Below, piece by piece: positions 13,210 to 27,073 of a stretch of DNA of 64,000 nucleotides (position 1 is the stretch's first letter; each line of letters starts with the position of its first letter). The notes under the pieces were generated by a model. That model did not search any database. It was not told the origin of the DNA and saw only the letters and a list, made by a program, of their open reading frames with translations. Origin of the DNA: Chara braunii (lineage: Eukaryota > Plantae > Charophyceae). A program made the translations under genes and the position numbers. The DNA lies in assembly GCA_003427395.1 (NCBI GenBank), contig BFEA01000018.1, forward strand, positions 3,996,147 to 4,060,146, read 5' to 3'.

Positions 13210-14950
13210 TAACACACCCAGCCCACATAATACTACATCCAGCCCCCATAACATTGCACCCACCCCACACATTACCACACCCAGCCCACATGGTACTGCA
13301 CCCAGCTCACACAGGTCCGTACCCAGCTGAAATAGGACCACACCCAACCCACATAATACTGCACCCACCCCCGAGTACCAGACCCAGCCCACATACTGCC
13401 ACACCCAGCTAAGACCTTATGTACCAGACGCAGCCCACAGAGTACTTCTTCACACCTCACGGTGCTTTTACACCCAAGCCCACATAATATAGCAACCGCT
13501 CGAGGTAGTACTCCACCCAGCCACATAGAACCATGCCAAACCCACTACAACCAGCCCACAACGAAGCCCACTATTGCTACCGCTCCAAGTAGTATTGCAC
13601 CCAGCCACATAGTACCACACCAAGCGCACTGCACCCAACCCACAATAAAGCTCAATGCACCTTGCCCACATACCACCACCCACCGCCCGCACATCGTATC
13701 TCACACAGCCATATTGTAGTGCACCCCTCTTTGTACCACACGCATCCCTCAGAATACAACAACTACTCCACCCAGCCATCATAGCACCACACCCAACCCA
13801 CATAGTCCACAACAATTACTCCACCCAGCCAGCATAGCACCACACCCAACCCACAAAGTCCACACCCAATCCTGATAGCAGTGCACCCAGCCAACATAGT
13901 ACCATACACAGCAAAAACTGTCCCACGCCCAACGCACAGTACCAGCCCTGACCTGCATAGTATTGCACCCAGCGCACATAGTACCATAGCACCCTACATA
14001 GTACCACACGCAGCCCACATAGCACCACATCCATCCCACAAAGTATCATATTCAGCGCACATAGTACCACATTCAGGCTACATAGCATCACAGCCAGCCC
14101 ACTTAGATCCACACCAGACCACATAGTACCACACCCAGCCCAGATATTACCACACCCAACCCACAATACTGTTCCCCGCCCACAGTACTGCACCCACCCA
14201 CGTACAAGATCCAACCCACATAGTAGCACACCCAGCCCATGGACTAGTGCATAGTACCCCACAGTACTGCTCCCCACCCACAGCACTGCTTCCCGCCCAC
14301 AGTACTGCCCATAGTACTCCACCAAACCCACATAGTACCACACCAAGCCCACACATTAGTGCACTCAGCCCACATCATACTGCAACCGCTCCACATAATA
14401 CCACACCAAGCCCACTGCACTAGGCCACACCCACCACAACCAGCCTTCAGGCTACATTTTATCGCACCCAGCCACATTGTACTGCACCCAGTCCACTTAG
14501 TATCACATGCGACCCACATGAAAACACACCCAACCCCACATAGTGACATACATAGCAAAGATAGTACCACACGGAGACCACATTCTACCACACCTAACCC
14601 ACATAGCAGCACACTTGGCCCAAATAGGTACTGCAGCCAGCCCACGGAGTACCACAGAAGAGCTAGATGGTACCAAACCCAGCTAAACAGTGCCACACAC
14701 AGCCCCCATAGTCTTGCACCCATTCTAGATACTACAGTACCCATAGTGGGTTCTCAAAGGGACGCTGGACCCCGTTCATAGCAGGAGTTAGAAAAAAAAG
14801 AGAAACGTGGAACCCAAGGTGGAACAACATACACATCCAACATAATGCTGCACCCAACCCAGTTCATAGCAGGAGTTGGAAAAAAAAAAAGAAATGTGGA
14901 ACCCAAGGTGGAACCGCATACACAGCCAACATAATTGTGGCATACTGCGT
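13210..14950. repeat. Degenerate ~21-22 bp minisatellite (CACATAGTACCACACCCAGCC-like)
   Basis: Dozens of degenerate copies; related sequence resumes at ~16090-16170. Confidence 0.85.
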
Positions 14951-15430
14951 ATCCACACGGGCCGGCAGGGCCCGACAAGACGGAAAATAAGGGTCCTCCA
15001 GGCCCTGTGTCGTTTCAGCCTAAAAGCCTGAAAACGAGGGCCATTTTCAGGCCCTCATAAAGTCGACCTGCCCTCAAACTCAGGCGCCAGACCAGGGTTA
15101 AGCACAGACCATTTTGAGGCCCGTTTCAAGACAACCTTTGTTTGAACTTCAACGCCAGGGTCTGGCACGTTTCGGCATTGGCAAGAGCAGCCTCTCGGCC
15201 GGACCAGCACTATATAGTATTGCTCCACCCTGCAAGCTGCAGGTAGTTCATGAGGAGTTCACAGGCACTTCACGTGCAGTTCAGGAGGCAGTCTTCGGGA
15301 GTCGGCCGCAACACTCTGCATGAGCGTTGCAGTAGTCGTAGCTAGCGCTAGAGTAGTCTTCAGCGTTGGGCGCTGCTTGGAGGTAGAGTAGCGTTGGGAG
15401 AGAGAGAGAAGGGCGGAGGCCAGGAGACTT

Positions 15431-15556
15431 ACCTGTGGCGACATAGCTCCAGCTTCGTCTTCGATGTACCTGCAACAAGGCGCCACCTTCACAACCTGTG
15501 GCGCCATAGCTCCAGCTTCGTCTTCGATGTACCTGCAACAAGGCGCCACCTTCACA
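15431..15556. repeat. 63 bp tandem duplication
   Basis: ACCTGTGGCG(A/C)CATAGCTCC...CACCTTCACA twice. Confidence 0.9.
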
Positions 15557-15664
15557 GGTTAGTACTTGGTACAAGAGAGAGAGAGAGAGTTCTTCTTCTT
15601 CATCCTCTAAGTCCACCATCTCTCCCTCACCCTCTCGCTACCTGACTTCTCAGTATCTGCCGAC

Positions 15665-15746
<82 letters not shown>

Positions 15747-18099
15747 GTGACTGTGGGACTTGACGACATTTGGATTCAGACTCGACATTGGGATTGAGAC
15801 ATTGGACGAGGGATTATTTGGGACCTGTACCGAAGACTTGGTGTTGACGACATTCCCATATTCCCCCTCTTCTTCGTCTGATCCCCCTCCTCTTCTTCTG
15901 TGTATGATTGGGGACTGGCGCATTCTTCCTGTGTGAGCGCCAGGCCCCTTCACACCATGTTATGATGATGATGTATGTTTGGTCTGCATTGCGATATTAA
16001 TTGGGCTGATCATTGGTATTTTAGCCTTCCGCTGCGCTATCCTGTACTATGTGAGAGAGATCGGTTATTGTTCTAGTCTGCATCGTTACGGTATGCAACA
16101 TAATGCTGCACCCATCCCACAAATTATTGCACACAAGAAATACTTGGACCCATTCCCAGCAGGAACTGAAAACAAAAACAAAATTCATTTTATGATTTTG
16201 TTTCGTCTTTTATTTTAATATATCTCAATTTCATAGTTTGAATTTATCATTTTTTTAATGTACGCAAGGAAAATGAGCGAGAACGATAGGCACAAAACCA
16301 ATTTGCAATATCACGTTGAAGACCAGATAGTCATGTCCCATGCAGAAGGCACAATGCATTGAGATACAAGCCAAATAAGAGCAATACAATGAACTCAAAC
16401 ATCAATGTCAGCCTCTTCTCGCCACCATCAATGAAGTATCCAATGTCACCCTTCTTGATTGGTGCCCGGCGCCCAGCCTACCTCGACTCAGAACCTACGC
16501 TAGCCTACACTACAAGATGCGAACACACACATACAGACATAGAAAAACGGGCAAATTAGTTACGTCACGGATGAGCGCGAACACATAAATAGAATGATGG
16601 ATATGAGCAGAACAGTCGAAAAATAACACATGGCAGAAGCGAAGGTAAAAAACAGCAAGGAATAATAGGGGATAAAAAACAGTAAGGAATAATAGTGATT
16701 GCAGTAGTCATTTTGTGGATCAAATACGAGGTTTCACAAGGAAAAAATTAGGCAATGAGATACAAAATCAACATAGCACCTGTGCAAAGATTGACACGCC
16801 TAAACCAATGATTGGTCACAAAAGGTGCAAGAAAAAAAAGAAAAAATGATGAGTTTAACATGGACCTAGGTCGAAAATATTGCCTTGCCACCAAGGTGCA
16901 CCCTTGGCTGCCTGAGACATTGTCTGGGGACTCTGGGGCACATGATCACACACTGGAGTTCTGCTGGAGGGCATGTGGTCTGACGTAGACCGGAAAGATA
17001 TGCCATTCCTTCTGGGTTTTATAGAGGTTATCTTCCTTCAAGGAAGAAATGTCATTCCTCTCGCTTCTTCAATTCCGTGTAGAAGGTAGTGAGGTTAACG
17101 AGAGAAAACCCAGTTCTTCCCACATTATGTATGGACAGAGCTTAGCACCGTCCGCCACACCATATTGGGCGGATACAGTGGTGGTGACCCGGTACATAGC
17201 CAGCGAAGGCAACAAATGGTCTGATAGACTGACAGACGGACAACCTGACAGATTGACAGACGACATCATAGAACACATGAAGCAATAGACCGTTGGACTG
17301 ACAAAGGAATTGCCAAACCGAGTGATGAAGAGAGACTGCCAGGCTTGCAGGCTGAATGCCTAGCTGCACATATCACTTACCTCTTCCTTGACTGTCATGG
17401 AACTCACTGCACGAAGCAGTGCAGCAGAAAGACATCACAACACAGCACACGCCATTCTAGGCGCAACACACATGCAACACTTACCACACTGCACACCTTC
17501 ATTTCCGTGTTCATAAGAACAGAGGGATTGCACACACACAGAGGCGACTACAACTCTAGCATGCTCTGCAAAATCACGAGCCAGGCATGGATCCGAATAT
17601 TCGGGCATACACCGTACATCGTCCAGGTCATTTCAGTGCTCTTACCTTTGCGGATAAGTCATGGACCTTATGGGACATGGCAGTAGGGTGCACGCAGCAG
17701 GAAATATCGACTGTTTCTATCACTAAGCGGTAGAACATTACTCAGTCTGGCTAGTCCATCAGGAACAGTATGGTGATGAACACTCGCAAGCACTACTGCC
17801 TCCGGAGAGCAATCCGGCTGAACCTCCTCCTTCCCCTGTGCATGGTCAGGCAGCATCCCCTCCATGTGTGGATCGGACAGGTTCTACCACGAACAGTGAA
17901 GGGACTTCTCCTGGAGATGGAGATTGTGCCCTCCTCCCATTGAGTCATCGCACAGGTATAGTCCGGTTAGCATGCGCGTGGCATAACCTCTGCTTCGAAC
18001 ACTATGAAGGGATGGTCACTGCCAGCATCTGCCACGAAAACTGTAATCCTTTGCAATTTGGATTTATGTGTTTTGTCCACATTCATGTTCCTTGCAATT

Positions 18100-18111
18100 T
18101 GGTATCAGAGC
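18100..18111 (+). promoter_or_regulatory. Primer binding site (tRNA-iMet)
   Basis: TGGTATCAGAGC, 3 nt after the LTR end ...CCTTGCA. Confidence 0.92.
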
Positions 18112-19468
18112 TGGTTCGATTCGTTGCTTACCTCGTGCGCCGCGTTATACAGACTCGGTGCGTTGACGATGCTTCTTCGCAGTTGGTACTTGTAACGTGG
18201 GCACAAATTAGGCGCGCGGCCTGGGTAGAGAGGCGCGCGCCGGAAGGCCGTACGGCTGGAAGACCGTGGTAAAGGCAGATTGTATGTATGGTGATGAGAG
18301 CATGCTGATGTGGCATTTGGCTGAGGTGGCACTACATTGTATTGTGGGTGGTACCAAGGCTAACGACGGGTCATCAAATGCACATTCAGCTCAATTGGTG
18401 AGAAATCTGTGGTTGGGGGCAGCTATCTTCAGGTACATTGTTTCCTTACCTTATCTACTCTCTCAATATCTTCTTACCGTGAGGAAGAGAGTTCAATCTT
18501 GAGAGTCCTCTCTTTTGGTGAGGTGTCGAATGCGCACTACCTTGAGAGACGACAATCTTCCCGGAAGCATCTGGAAGGAGAAAGGGCGGTGCCTCTGAAG
18601 GGCCCTGGTCGAAGCACTTGGGTCACGGTCACCATGCCAACCCAATGGGAATAGGTCACGCATGCGATGGCTGCTGTCCATTTTTGGCACTTTGCTGCGC
18701 TGCAGAAGTCGTGCCGGGTGTGCCAGCCCATAAAAGACGCTTACCAGACCGTCTATAAATATTTCTGGCTGGGACTCGGTTGATTCTGGCTGTGATCGTC
18801 GTCCTGTCTGCAACGTTAAATAATTCCTGAGGAGATGGGGGCTCTCCTTAAATCCCTCCTGATCAGCCAGATCAAACCGGGTAGTAAAGCTCGTTCCGTA
18901 CGAGGGTAAATAAGAGTGGATGGGCTGGCTTGCTCGACAATGACTTGGGGCACAGGGGTGGGCCGACATAACACACGAAGACACCGCTGCTCAATGATGC
19001 TTTCCGGTATGTGGAATGGAGGGGAGGGTAGGTTCTAATTGATGCTCGACTGTTGATACAACCATATCCATTGTGCATAATCTGTTACATAATTTTTTTA
19101 TTTTTTTTTTATTAGTTGGTTGACAACTGCTAACACCTCACAGACAGATTAGAGTAGGACTGTTGTATACTACCATAGCCAGTTCTATTTAATGCTGTTG
19201 TAAGTGAACTAATCAACGATAGGAATAGATTATGTGTACAGTCTGTGTGAATATTGTTTGACAATCGCTTGATAGTGGTGAAGTAACCTACCAGACTCAT
19301 ATTTTATATTTAGAAAATTTAGAGCCGGTTAGACACATGCTGTGGTAGGACTCCAGTAAGGAGTTGTGGTGCAGATAATGTTTGCATAGCTGTTGGGTGG
19401 GACAGACAGCGATGAGGGTAGAGTTGACGACGTGAGACTCACGGTCGGAGCTAAGGAGAGTTCCGTTC

Positions 19469-21085
19469 GTGTTACAGATCCTAGGTACCGGAGTCAAGCG
19501 ACGGCTTAGGGCCGGAGCAAGAGCCCGTGCACGAGCAGCGGCCGATAGAACAGCAAGAGAAGTTGCACAGCTGGTAACAGCAGCTAACGTAGCACCTAGA
19601 CAGGCCGCCGCAGCTGCAATGGCTACCGCAACAGCATCCAATGCTGCCCTCTCGTCTGGGACACAGTTGGGAATGCTCACCTGGTTCCCGGGCATCTCTA
19701 GTACCGTAGTTTCTGTTGTCTCCACCAGTCAAATGGCGGACTCGCAGTTGAGCCCATTGACCCCACGCCAGCGGGAGTTGAGGGAACTCCAGCAAGTCGA
19801 AAGGATCCGTGCACGGCTAGCGAGGGAACTTCAGGAAGCCACAGAGAGAAAGAGAACTATTAGAGATATGATAGTCAGGTTGGAGAGAGTAGAGGCCGAC
19901 AAAACTGCGTTAGAGGCAACGGATGAGGCAGCGTTGTTTGACCCAATGAAGGTGTTGAGGTCTACTTTGTTCTCACTACACGCACGCGTAGTCAGCAGAA
20001 TGGACTTCATGCAAGACACCTTGGATTAGACATTGACTCAGTTGCAGCAGCTAAGCTCTAGGCTGTTCGCAGTTTATAGATCGCCACTCCCTAAGTTGGC
20101 GATGATAGGCATCTATCCCCAAGCTGGCACACAACCAAGCGGTTCGTCAGCAGCGGCAGCACAGACTATAGCTTCTTCTTCTTCTAGTCAGGCGGTGACA
20201 GCTACTCGATCACCGCCACAGCAACCTGTTCCACCACAGGAACAGCAACAAGTTCCTTGTTCTCAAAGACCCCGAAGAGGGCTCCCCTTCCTTACACAGG
20301 TGAAAAGAAGGAGGAGGATCTCAACCTCAGGTTGAGATCGGTCCCGATGTGGGCGAGGGCCAAGAGAACCTTGCCAGAGGAGGAAGTGATAATGGTTGCC
20401 ACTTACCTTGAAGGTAGAGCAGCAAACTGGCTTAGTGTGTTCATAGTGAAAGCCGGATATCGACGACGCATAGGAGATTGGGGTAAGACCCTATCACTAG
20501 AAGAGTTCATCGACAGGGTATAAGCTCGCTGGCACAGTCCGCAGCAAGCTCAGCAGGCAACAAACGCCATGCAAAAGCTTGGTCGGGGAAATACAAGTCA
20601 GTCAGGAAGTTTACGACTACCGTTGAGAATCTCATTGTTGTCCCAAGCATTCGCTATTTCTCCCTGAGATTATGAGAACACAGTTGGCATATCACACTTC
20701 AGTAGACGGAAGAAGAAAGGAGAGTCCACAGGAGTGGAAGAAGAAGGGTAGTCGATTGATGATGGTTGTTTCCAATGGGACTCAAACGGAGGTCAATGAC
20801 CTTTCTGACCTGATGGACACACCAGAGGATGACGGTGAGGACCATGCTGAGGGTAGCACCCTTGCCGCGGTATTAAAAGGCTAAGGCGGGTGGACGAGGG
20901 AAGGGCCATCAAAAGAGTCAAGGGCAGGCCGCCTCCAATCAGTCCAAGTTGGTGATTGGGTTAAGGCTGGCTTAGATCAGTGTGGCGGGACCGCCGTTCG
21001 TATGGAGACTGCATTAACTAGGTGAGAATGAGCACACCCAGCATAAGTGCAAGAATGCGAAGGTCACTTAGAAGATACCCCCCTA
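19469..21085 (+). pseudogene. gag remnant
   Basis: Coiled-coil N-terminus; ATYLEGRAANWL capsid-like motif (~20400); degenerate CCHC knuckle ~21010-21050; stops and frameshifts. Confidence 0.75.
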
Positions 21086-21369
21086 AGGGAGGGGTGCCTT
21101 CTTCCTAGGCTTCCAGCTCGGGAAACACGGGAGGTCGGTGGAAGTTTTAGCTGCTTCTACTCATGGTGAAGTGGGAATACCCTCCCCACTTCATGAGTTG
21201 GCCAAGGCTAATGACTCTTTAGTCACCCCCCAGACTCATCTGGACCAAAATGTGCTTTGTACATTAGATGTGTCTGAGGCCTTAGAGGATTCGCAGAGTG
21301 AGTGGTCAGACAGGGACCCTAGAGAATCTTGGGTGGCATAAAGTTGTGGTCCTAGAGGGGAACATTTTG

Positions 21370-23301
21370 TGTGGAAGTTGGTGTAGGAGGCCGCAAATAT
21401 GGTGCCTTCGTTGACATCGGCTCCACGCGGAACTACATATACCCTGACTGTTTGGAAAGGTTGTGCCTATAGGACCAGGTACAACACCTTAGTAGACCGG
21501 TAGCATCTACTTTGGCCAACAATGAGCGCTTAGTAGTGAGTAAAAGACTATGTCAAGGACGTAGTCTGAACCTTCTCTTTTGGAGGAGGGGAACTTAATC
21601 ATAGGATTTCGTTCCAGATTAGTGACAAGCTGTCTTTTGACATGCTGTTAGGAATGTACTAGCTTGAGGCTGCCAAGCCCCATTTGGACGGGGACAAGAA
21701 AGTGTTGAAGCATGAGTTGCCTGATAGGAGAACCATTAGACTAGCTAAGTGAGAGGCTAGTAGGTTGTTTGAGTCCTATGCGTGCTTATGTACAGCAACG
21801 TTCTATAAATACAAGACCAAGAGGAGGGTATGTACCTAGTCTACGTCTCTAAGAAAGGGGAAGCCGTTAAAACACCCCCAGAGATAGAGCATATCATTGC
21901 TAAGTTCCCTGATCTGTTCAGGAAGCCCACATGAGTCGTTGAAAGGGAGATAGTCCACGCCCTAGAAATAATTCCAGGGAGTAAAACCCTAAAGGGAAGA
22001 ATCTATAGGATGGCCCCGGCCGAGTTGGACGAACTCTATCGACAACTGAAGGAGCTGGCAGAAAAGGGATGTATACGGCCTAGTACTTCTCCCTTCAGAT
22101 CCCCAGTGTGGTTTGTAACGAAGAACGGAGGAAGTTAAAGGATGCGCATTGACTATAGAGGCCTCAATGCCATCACCGTGAAGAACGTAGAGCCTCCAAG
22201 TGGCTAGTATTAGGGACTGGCCACGTCCTCAGACGGTGACTGAGGTTAGATCTTTCTTAGGGATGAGCGGCTACTATAGGAATTTCGTAAAGAACTATTT
22301 TACAGTCGTCTCTCCTTTGACAGATCTTACTCGACTTGACACCTCATGGGACTGGAGTGATGAGTGTGAGGCTGCCTTCAAACGATTGAAGCACGCACTC
22401 ATGAATCACGAGTTTCTCATGGTTCCCGATCCTCAGAGGCCATTTATAGTAACCACTGACGCTAACCAGTATGGGATTGGCACAGTGCTGGCTCAGCAGG
22501 ATGGGAAGAAGTTGAGGCCGATTGAGTATGAGCAAAAAGGATGTCATCTAAGAAGTTGGCTGAACTCTATGCCCTATGCAAGGCTCTAATCCACTGGAAA
22601 CACTAACTGTTGGGTAGATTCGTCTACTCGAGGACAGATCATCAGATTCTAAAGTGGACTCAACCTGTTCTCTCCAGTGCCCTCAAGCGCTAGAATAAGG
22701 TCATAGACAATATGACTTTAAGCTAGAGTAATTGAAGAGGGAGAATAACAATTTGCTGATGCGCTGTCACACTAGTTTCCGAATTTGGCATATCTCACGA
22801 GCTAACTCAATTGGTGGTGGAAGCCTACCGGAAAGACCATTTCCTGATGGATGGATTATGCTTTCTGGATAAGGCAGGGAATAAAAAGGTTAGTTGGTCC
22901 ATCTCGGGAAGTCTTGGATGTAGTGGGGAATGATTTGGATGACTCGTCCTACGTTATCCGTATCCCTGATCACCTGCGCACTCACCCTGTCTTTCATGCC
23001 TTAAAGCTTGCACCTTTCGCTGAGACAGATCAATTCCCTTCCAGGAGATCGATGCTGCCCCCAACCATGGATGGCCAAGTGGACATCGACGATATTGTGG
23101 GTTAACAAGGACATGCCTGTTCCAAAGCCATTGGGTCGAGGAAGACCTCCAAAACCCAAGCGGGAGTATCACGTCAGATTCAGGCATCATACGGATCCGA
23201 AAGAAGATCGGTGGTTTACCAGAGAGGAACTGATTGACACAGCTCCTCAAGTGGTGGCAGAATATGAGAGGATGTTAAAAGGGAAGGCACCTGCGAAGTA
23301 A
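21370..23301 (+). pseudogene. pol remnant (protease, RT 5' part, RNase H, integrase C-terminus, chromodomain)
   Basis: AFVDIGSTRNYI; IYRMAPAELDEL; MRIDYRGLNAITVKN; EVRSFLGMSGYYRNFV; FIVTTDANQYGIGTVLAQ; HPVFHALKL; EYHVRF..EDRWFTREEL. RT core and integrase core are deleted. Confidence 0.92.
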
Positions 23302-23338
23302 GCATCTCAGCGGACTTTCGAAGCTAAGGGGGATGGAA

Positions 23339-24390
23339 TGTGAGGATTGAGTCCTCAAAGGGGCCTTACCGTGATGTACATGTTCTGGGCTAAGGCCCCC
23401 AGCAAGCCTCATGCTCGCCCTAAGTGAAGGCGGGCCAGCAAATCAGCGAGAGCTCTTTGTTCAAACATTTCACGAAGTAGGGTCCATACAGTTGCCGCAC
23501 GCCAGTTGGTTGGAGTGCACCGAGTATCGGATCTCTGCAAATGCAGATATCACAGGGCCCCAGAATTGGTTAGGCCCTGGGCACATAAATGTGAGGCCGA
23601 CAATGCATGCTGGATATAGAGGCCGAAAATGCCAATGGGAAACCGGTCCACTATCTGAATCTGGCCGCAGGCTTTGATGAAGGAGGCGCAACTGCATCTC
23701 CTGGGCACCAACCGCATTGGGCCTGGGTACAGGTACTGGGGCCCAGGCGCAGCTTTAAGGGAGGCCGCCCACACGCAACACTGGCATATAGGCAGGGAGG
23801 GCGAGTGGGTAGGGATCTTGGCCATTGCGGGCAATGTCGGCATGCTGCTGCATTGCAAGGGGCTGCACTGCGCTAAGGCTGGGAAGCTGCTGGCAGCGCT
23901 ATGCGGTAGGGGCGCAGCCAGGGCAGAGGGCGCAGGGCGCTGGCAGCCATAGCCGGGCTGCGAGGTGCGCGCCAGAGGGAGGTGAGGGCGAAGGTGGTCT
24001 TCGGGTAGGTGAAGGGCGCTGTGTGGGTTAACAAGGGAGAGTGAGGGTGAAGAAGAGAGACGTACCTGGTGGAGAGGAGGTCGACATTGGTGTTGACGTC
24101 ATCACTCGCTGGTCATCAAGTTGTCTGGTTGCTTCCATGCTATAGTTGTAGTATTAGGCTGTAGAGTAGATAGGGCGTCTGGCGCTATTCAAGAGAGAGA
24201 GCTACATTGGGTTATGCTGTTGGTGTTGCCCGATTGGGCTTGGACATTGACTCACGATTCTGCTGTATCGTTCTCAAATGGATGGTTACATGGTTCCATT
24301 GTGCTATCTGCTCTTGCTTTGACTACTTGGACTTCAGTGTGATTTTGCAATTTGGATTTCTGTGTTTCGTCCACATTCATGTTCCTTGCA
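23339..24390 (+). repeat. 3' LTR (1052 bp) preceded by PPT
   Basis: PPT AAGGGGGATGGAA 23326-23338, then TG...CA termini. Confidence 0.88.
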
Positions 24391-25647
24391 TGTTATTTGT
24401 TAATATGTAAAAAAAATATTACCGTTGTTCACATGCAAGATTGTTGTATAGCACATGGATTCCACTTGAAGTCCATCCCAGACTTTTATCTCTGGGTAGA
24501 TTTGCAAGACTGATGATGCAAAGGAAGGTGACCCGTTCTCTAAAAAAAAAATATCTTATTTTAGTGCCAAAAAAAAAGGAACATGCCCATAATTTTTTTG
24601 ATGTATTTTTAGGGACCTAAGAAAGTATTGGTGGGACACAGTCAGATTAGGACCGGCCGCGTTCGATCGGGCGGGTCATAGTGTGACCATCCGGTCAAAG
24701 GATACCCCCCCCAGTCCTGCCTGGGGGTAAGTCATGCCTCCGTAGAACATTTCTCAGCTTTAGATAATCATAAAATATATACTCCAACACAACTTGATAA
24801 GAAATCATTATTAATGCTTGGACGAAAAAATGAATCTGACATCGAGACTAATGAAACTGCTTTACCTTGTTGAAAAAGAAGGTCCGATCAATTTGCTTCC
24901 CAACAATGTTCTGATAAACGATAACCTCCTTTAGAGGGTCACTACATGGTATCACGTATGTGGCAAGCGTTCAAAGCTCCTCATCATTGCATGCCCTGAT
25001 CACACATGTAGACAAACGAAATCCAAAAAGATTATTCCTGTAAATTCACAAACCAATGGAATAGTTTTAGCTTCACAACAAAATTGTTTACACATGCTTC
25101 TTCAGGGGTCACGGTCATGCTCATCCGCATCATGAGCTAGACATTTCCTGCCCCTGGAGACCGATAATCCTTTAAGGGGTGGCATCCACGTTGGATAAGG
25201 ACACGGAAAAAGAATTATCATCCCTCGCACGATGCGGGACACTTCGCATTCAAATTGTTCGGAAGGCGGGCCATTATCATCCCTCACACGATGTGCGAAA
25301 CTTCCTATTCAAATCGTCCGAAAGGAATTGTATGGGTCGTTCAGCGATCGAAATATATCATTACATCAGCACCAAGAACGCCGCAAACAACATGTTACAT
25401 CTTAACTAGTCTGAACTATGAATTATGCACCTACGCATTCTAGGGAGAGCAAACATGATGATTCAAGAATTTATTCGTCAGAGAGCTTGAAATATGAAGC
25501 TCAATGGCAATTCGAAAAACAAGGGAGTTGTAGAACAAGTGAAATAGAAATCAAACACTGCAAAAATCCGAAAGCAACCTCATGTTTTAGAACTTCAGTC
25601 CGATGAGTACCTCATTACGGCCAACACAAAGGAATCAACATCCGGAG

Positions 25648-25709
<62 letters not shown>

Positions 25710-26581
25710 CCTCCCTCCCTCTCTCTCTCTCTCTCTCTCTTTGTGTGTGTATNCTCTCTCTCTCTCTCTTTGTGTGTGTATGTGTGTCTGTAACTAATGT
25801 CAAATCTCTCTCTCTTTGTGTGTATGTGTGTCTGTAACGAATGTCAAATCTCTCTCTCTTTGTGTGTGTATGTGTGTCTGTAACTAATGTCAAATCTTAC
25901 GCCAGTATGTTATTAATTAGCCACGTAGGAGTACACTAACTACTGGGATCAATCGGCCAAATTACATTGATCGATTGGAAAAAATGCCAAACATTGATTG
26001 ATTGGAAAAAATGTCAAACATTAATTGATTGGAAGAAATGCCAAAGTTGATTGATTGAAAAATAATGCCAAAGCTGATTGATTGAAAAAGAAAAAAGAAG
26101 AAGGGAAAAACACCGATCTACAACAGCATTCCTCACCTTAGAGTGCGCAATATCCTCTAAAAATCCCCCTACCTAGTCCACCACTACATCACCATTAATG
26201 CTTCAGAGACCTACAACAGAAGATGTGACACACACGATCTAAAGAGCGAAGTATATCGCAGTACAAAGGCCACATGACTCGCAAAACCATAACTTCTCTG
26301 TAACTGTGTGGCGAGAAATTATTGTAGTTGAAGAGCATCCGAGTCCTAGCTCCGGTCGTGAGATGAACACTTAACATAGATACAAAAGGCCGACGTCAAC
26401 GAATAAATGAATACATCATCGCGGGTTCATTACCCGCGCTCGTCACTCGTCCATACTGTGATACAGGAAAAAAAAAACAAAAATGAAAATCAAAATCAAA
26501 ATGAAAATCCTCAAATTCGACTCTCGAAGGAGTCCAACGTTCCATTCCAGAGATTGGGCAGATGAAAATCTACAGCCTTCT

Positions 26582-26700
26582 ATCTTTCGACACATCCGTT
26601 AAAATTGGAAAAATACAGAAAAGATTAGCATGGATCCTGAGCAAGGATGACATATATAAATTAAAAGGAGTTCAATTAAAAAAAAGAAAAAAAAGAAAAA
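26582..26700 (+). pseudogene. U6: Degenerate U6 retrocopy with A-rich tail
   Basis: ACATCCGTTAAAATTGGAAAAATACAGAAAAGATTAGCATGGATCCTGAGCAAGGATGACA; A-rich tail; ACAGCCT repeated at 26572 and 26701 (candidate TSD). Confidence 0.85.
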
Positions 26701-27073
26701 ACAGCCTACAACTTTCCACCAAGGGACAAAGGGAAATCTTGCAGGGTTGCGCAAGCATGTGAGAGAGGGGAAGGGGGAGGGGTAGAGAAAGGGGACTGGA
26801 ACTGCCGGCGGGGGAAGGGGGAGTAGGGGCGGAGCGGTGGAAGAGGGGGGCAAGTGCGGGGTCGGAGCCAAGGCCAGAAAAGCTCAGATTGCAAACTGTA
26901 AAGCCTTACAAAACAAGACGTTATCACTCCAAGAGTCCAAAACGAATTTAAATTTCGTTGTGAATTTGTTTTTACTTTGGGGCAAGTACGTTGAAGGCAC
27001 AGGTGCTGTTCGGAATGAGCAAGAACATCACGATGTCGCGGCTGAGTTTGAACAGGCAAAAAAAACACAGTGC

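Larger units (their letters stand above)
18050..24390 (+). mobile_element. Decayed Ty3/gypsy chromovirus; 5' LTR truncated; internal deletions
   Basis: 5' LTR remnant 18050-18096 matches the 3' LTR end (~24344-24390). PBS, gag, protease, partial RT, RNase H, chromodomain, PPT and 3' LTR occur in order. Confidence 0.93.

Noticed and set aside
16860-18049. Additional minus-strand LTR with PPT at 17856-17864
   Set aside because: No second copy, other end or TSD could be found.
21410-21425. Novel D-I-G protease active site in both gypsy copies
   Set aside because: Each is one C-to-T change from D-T-G in heavily decayed elements.
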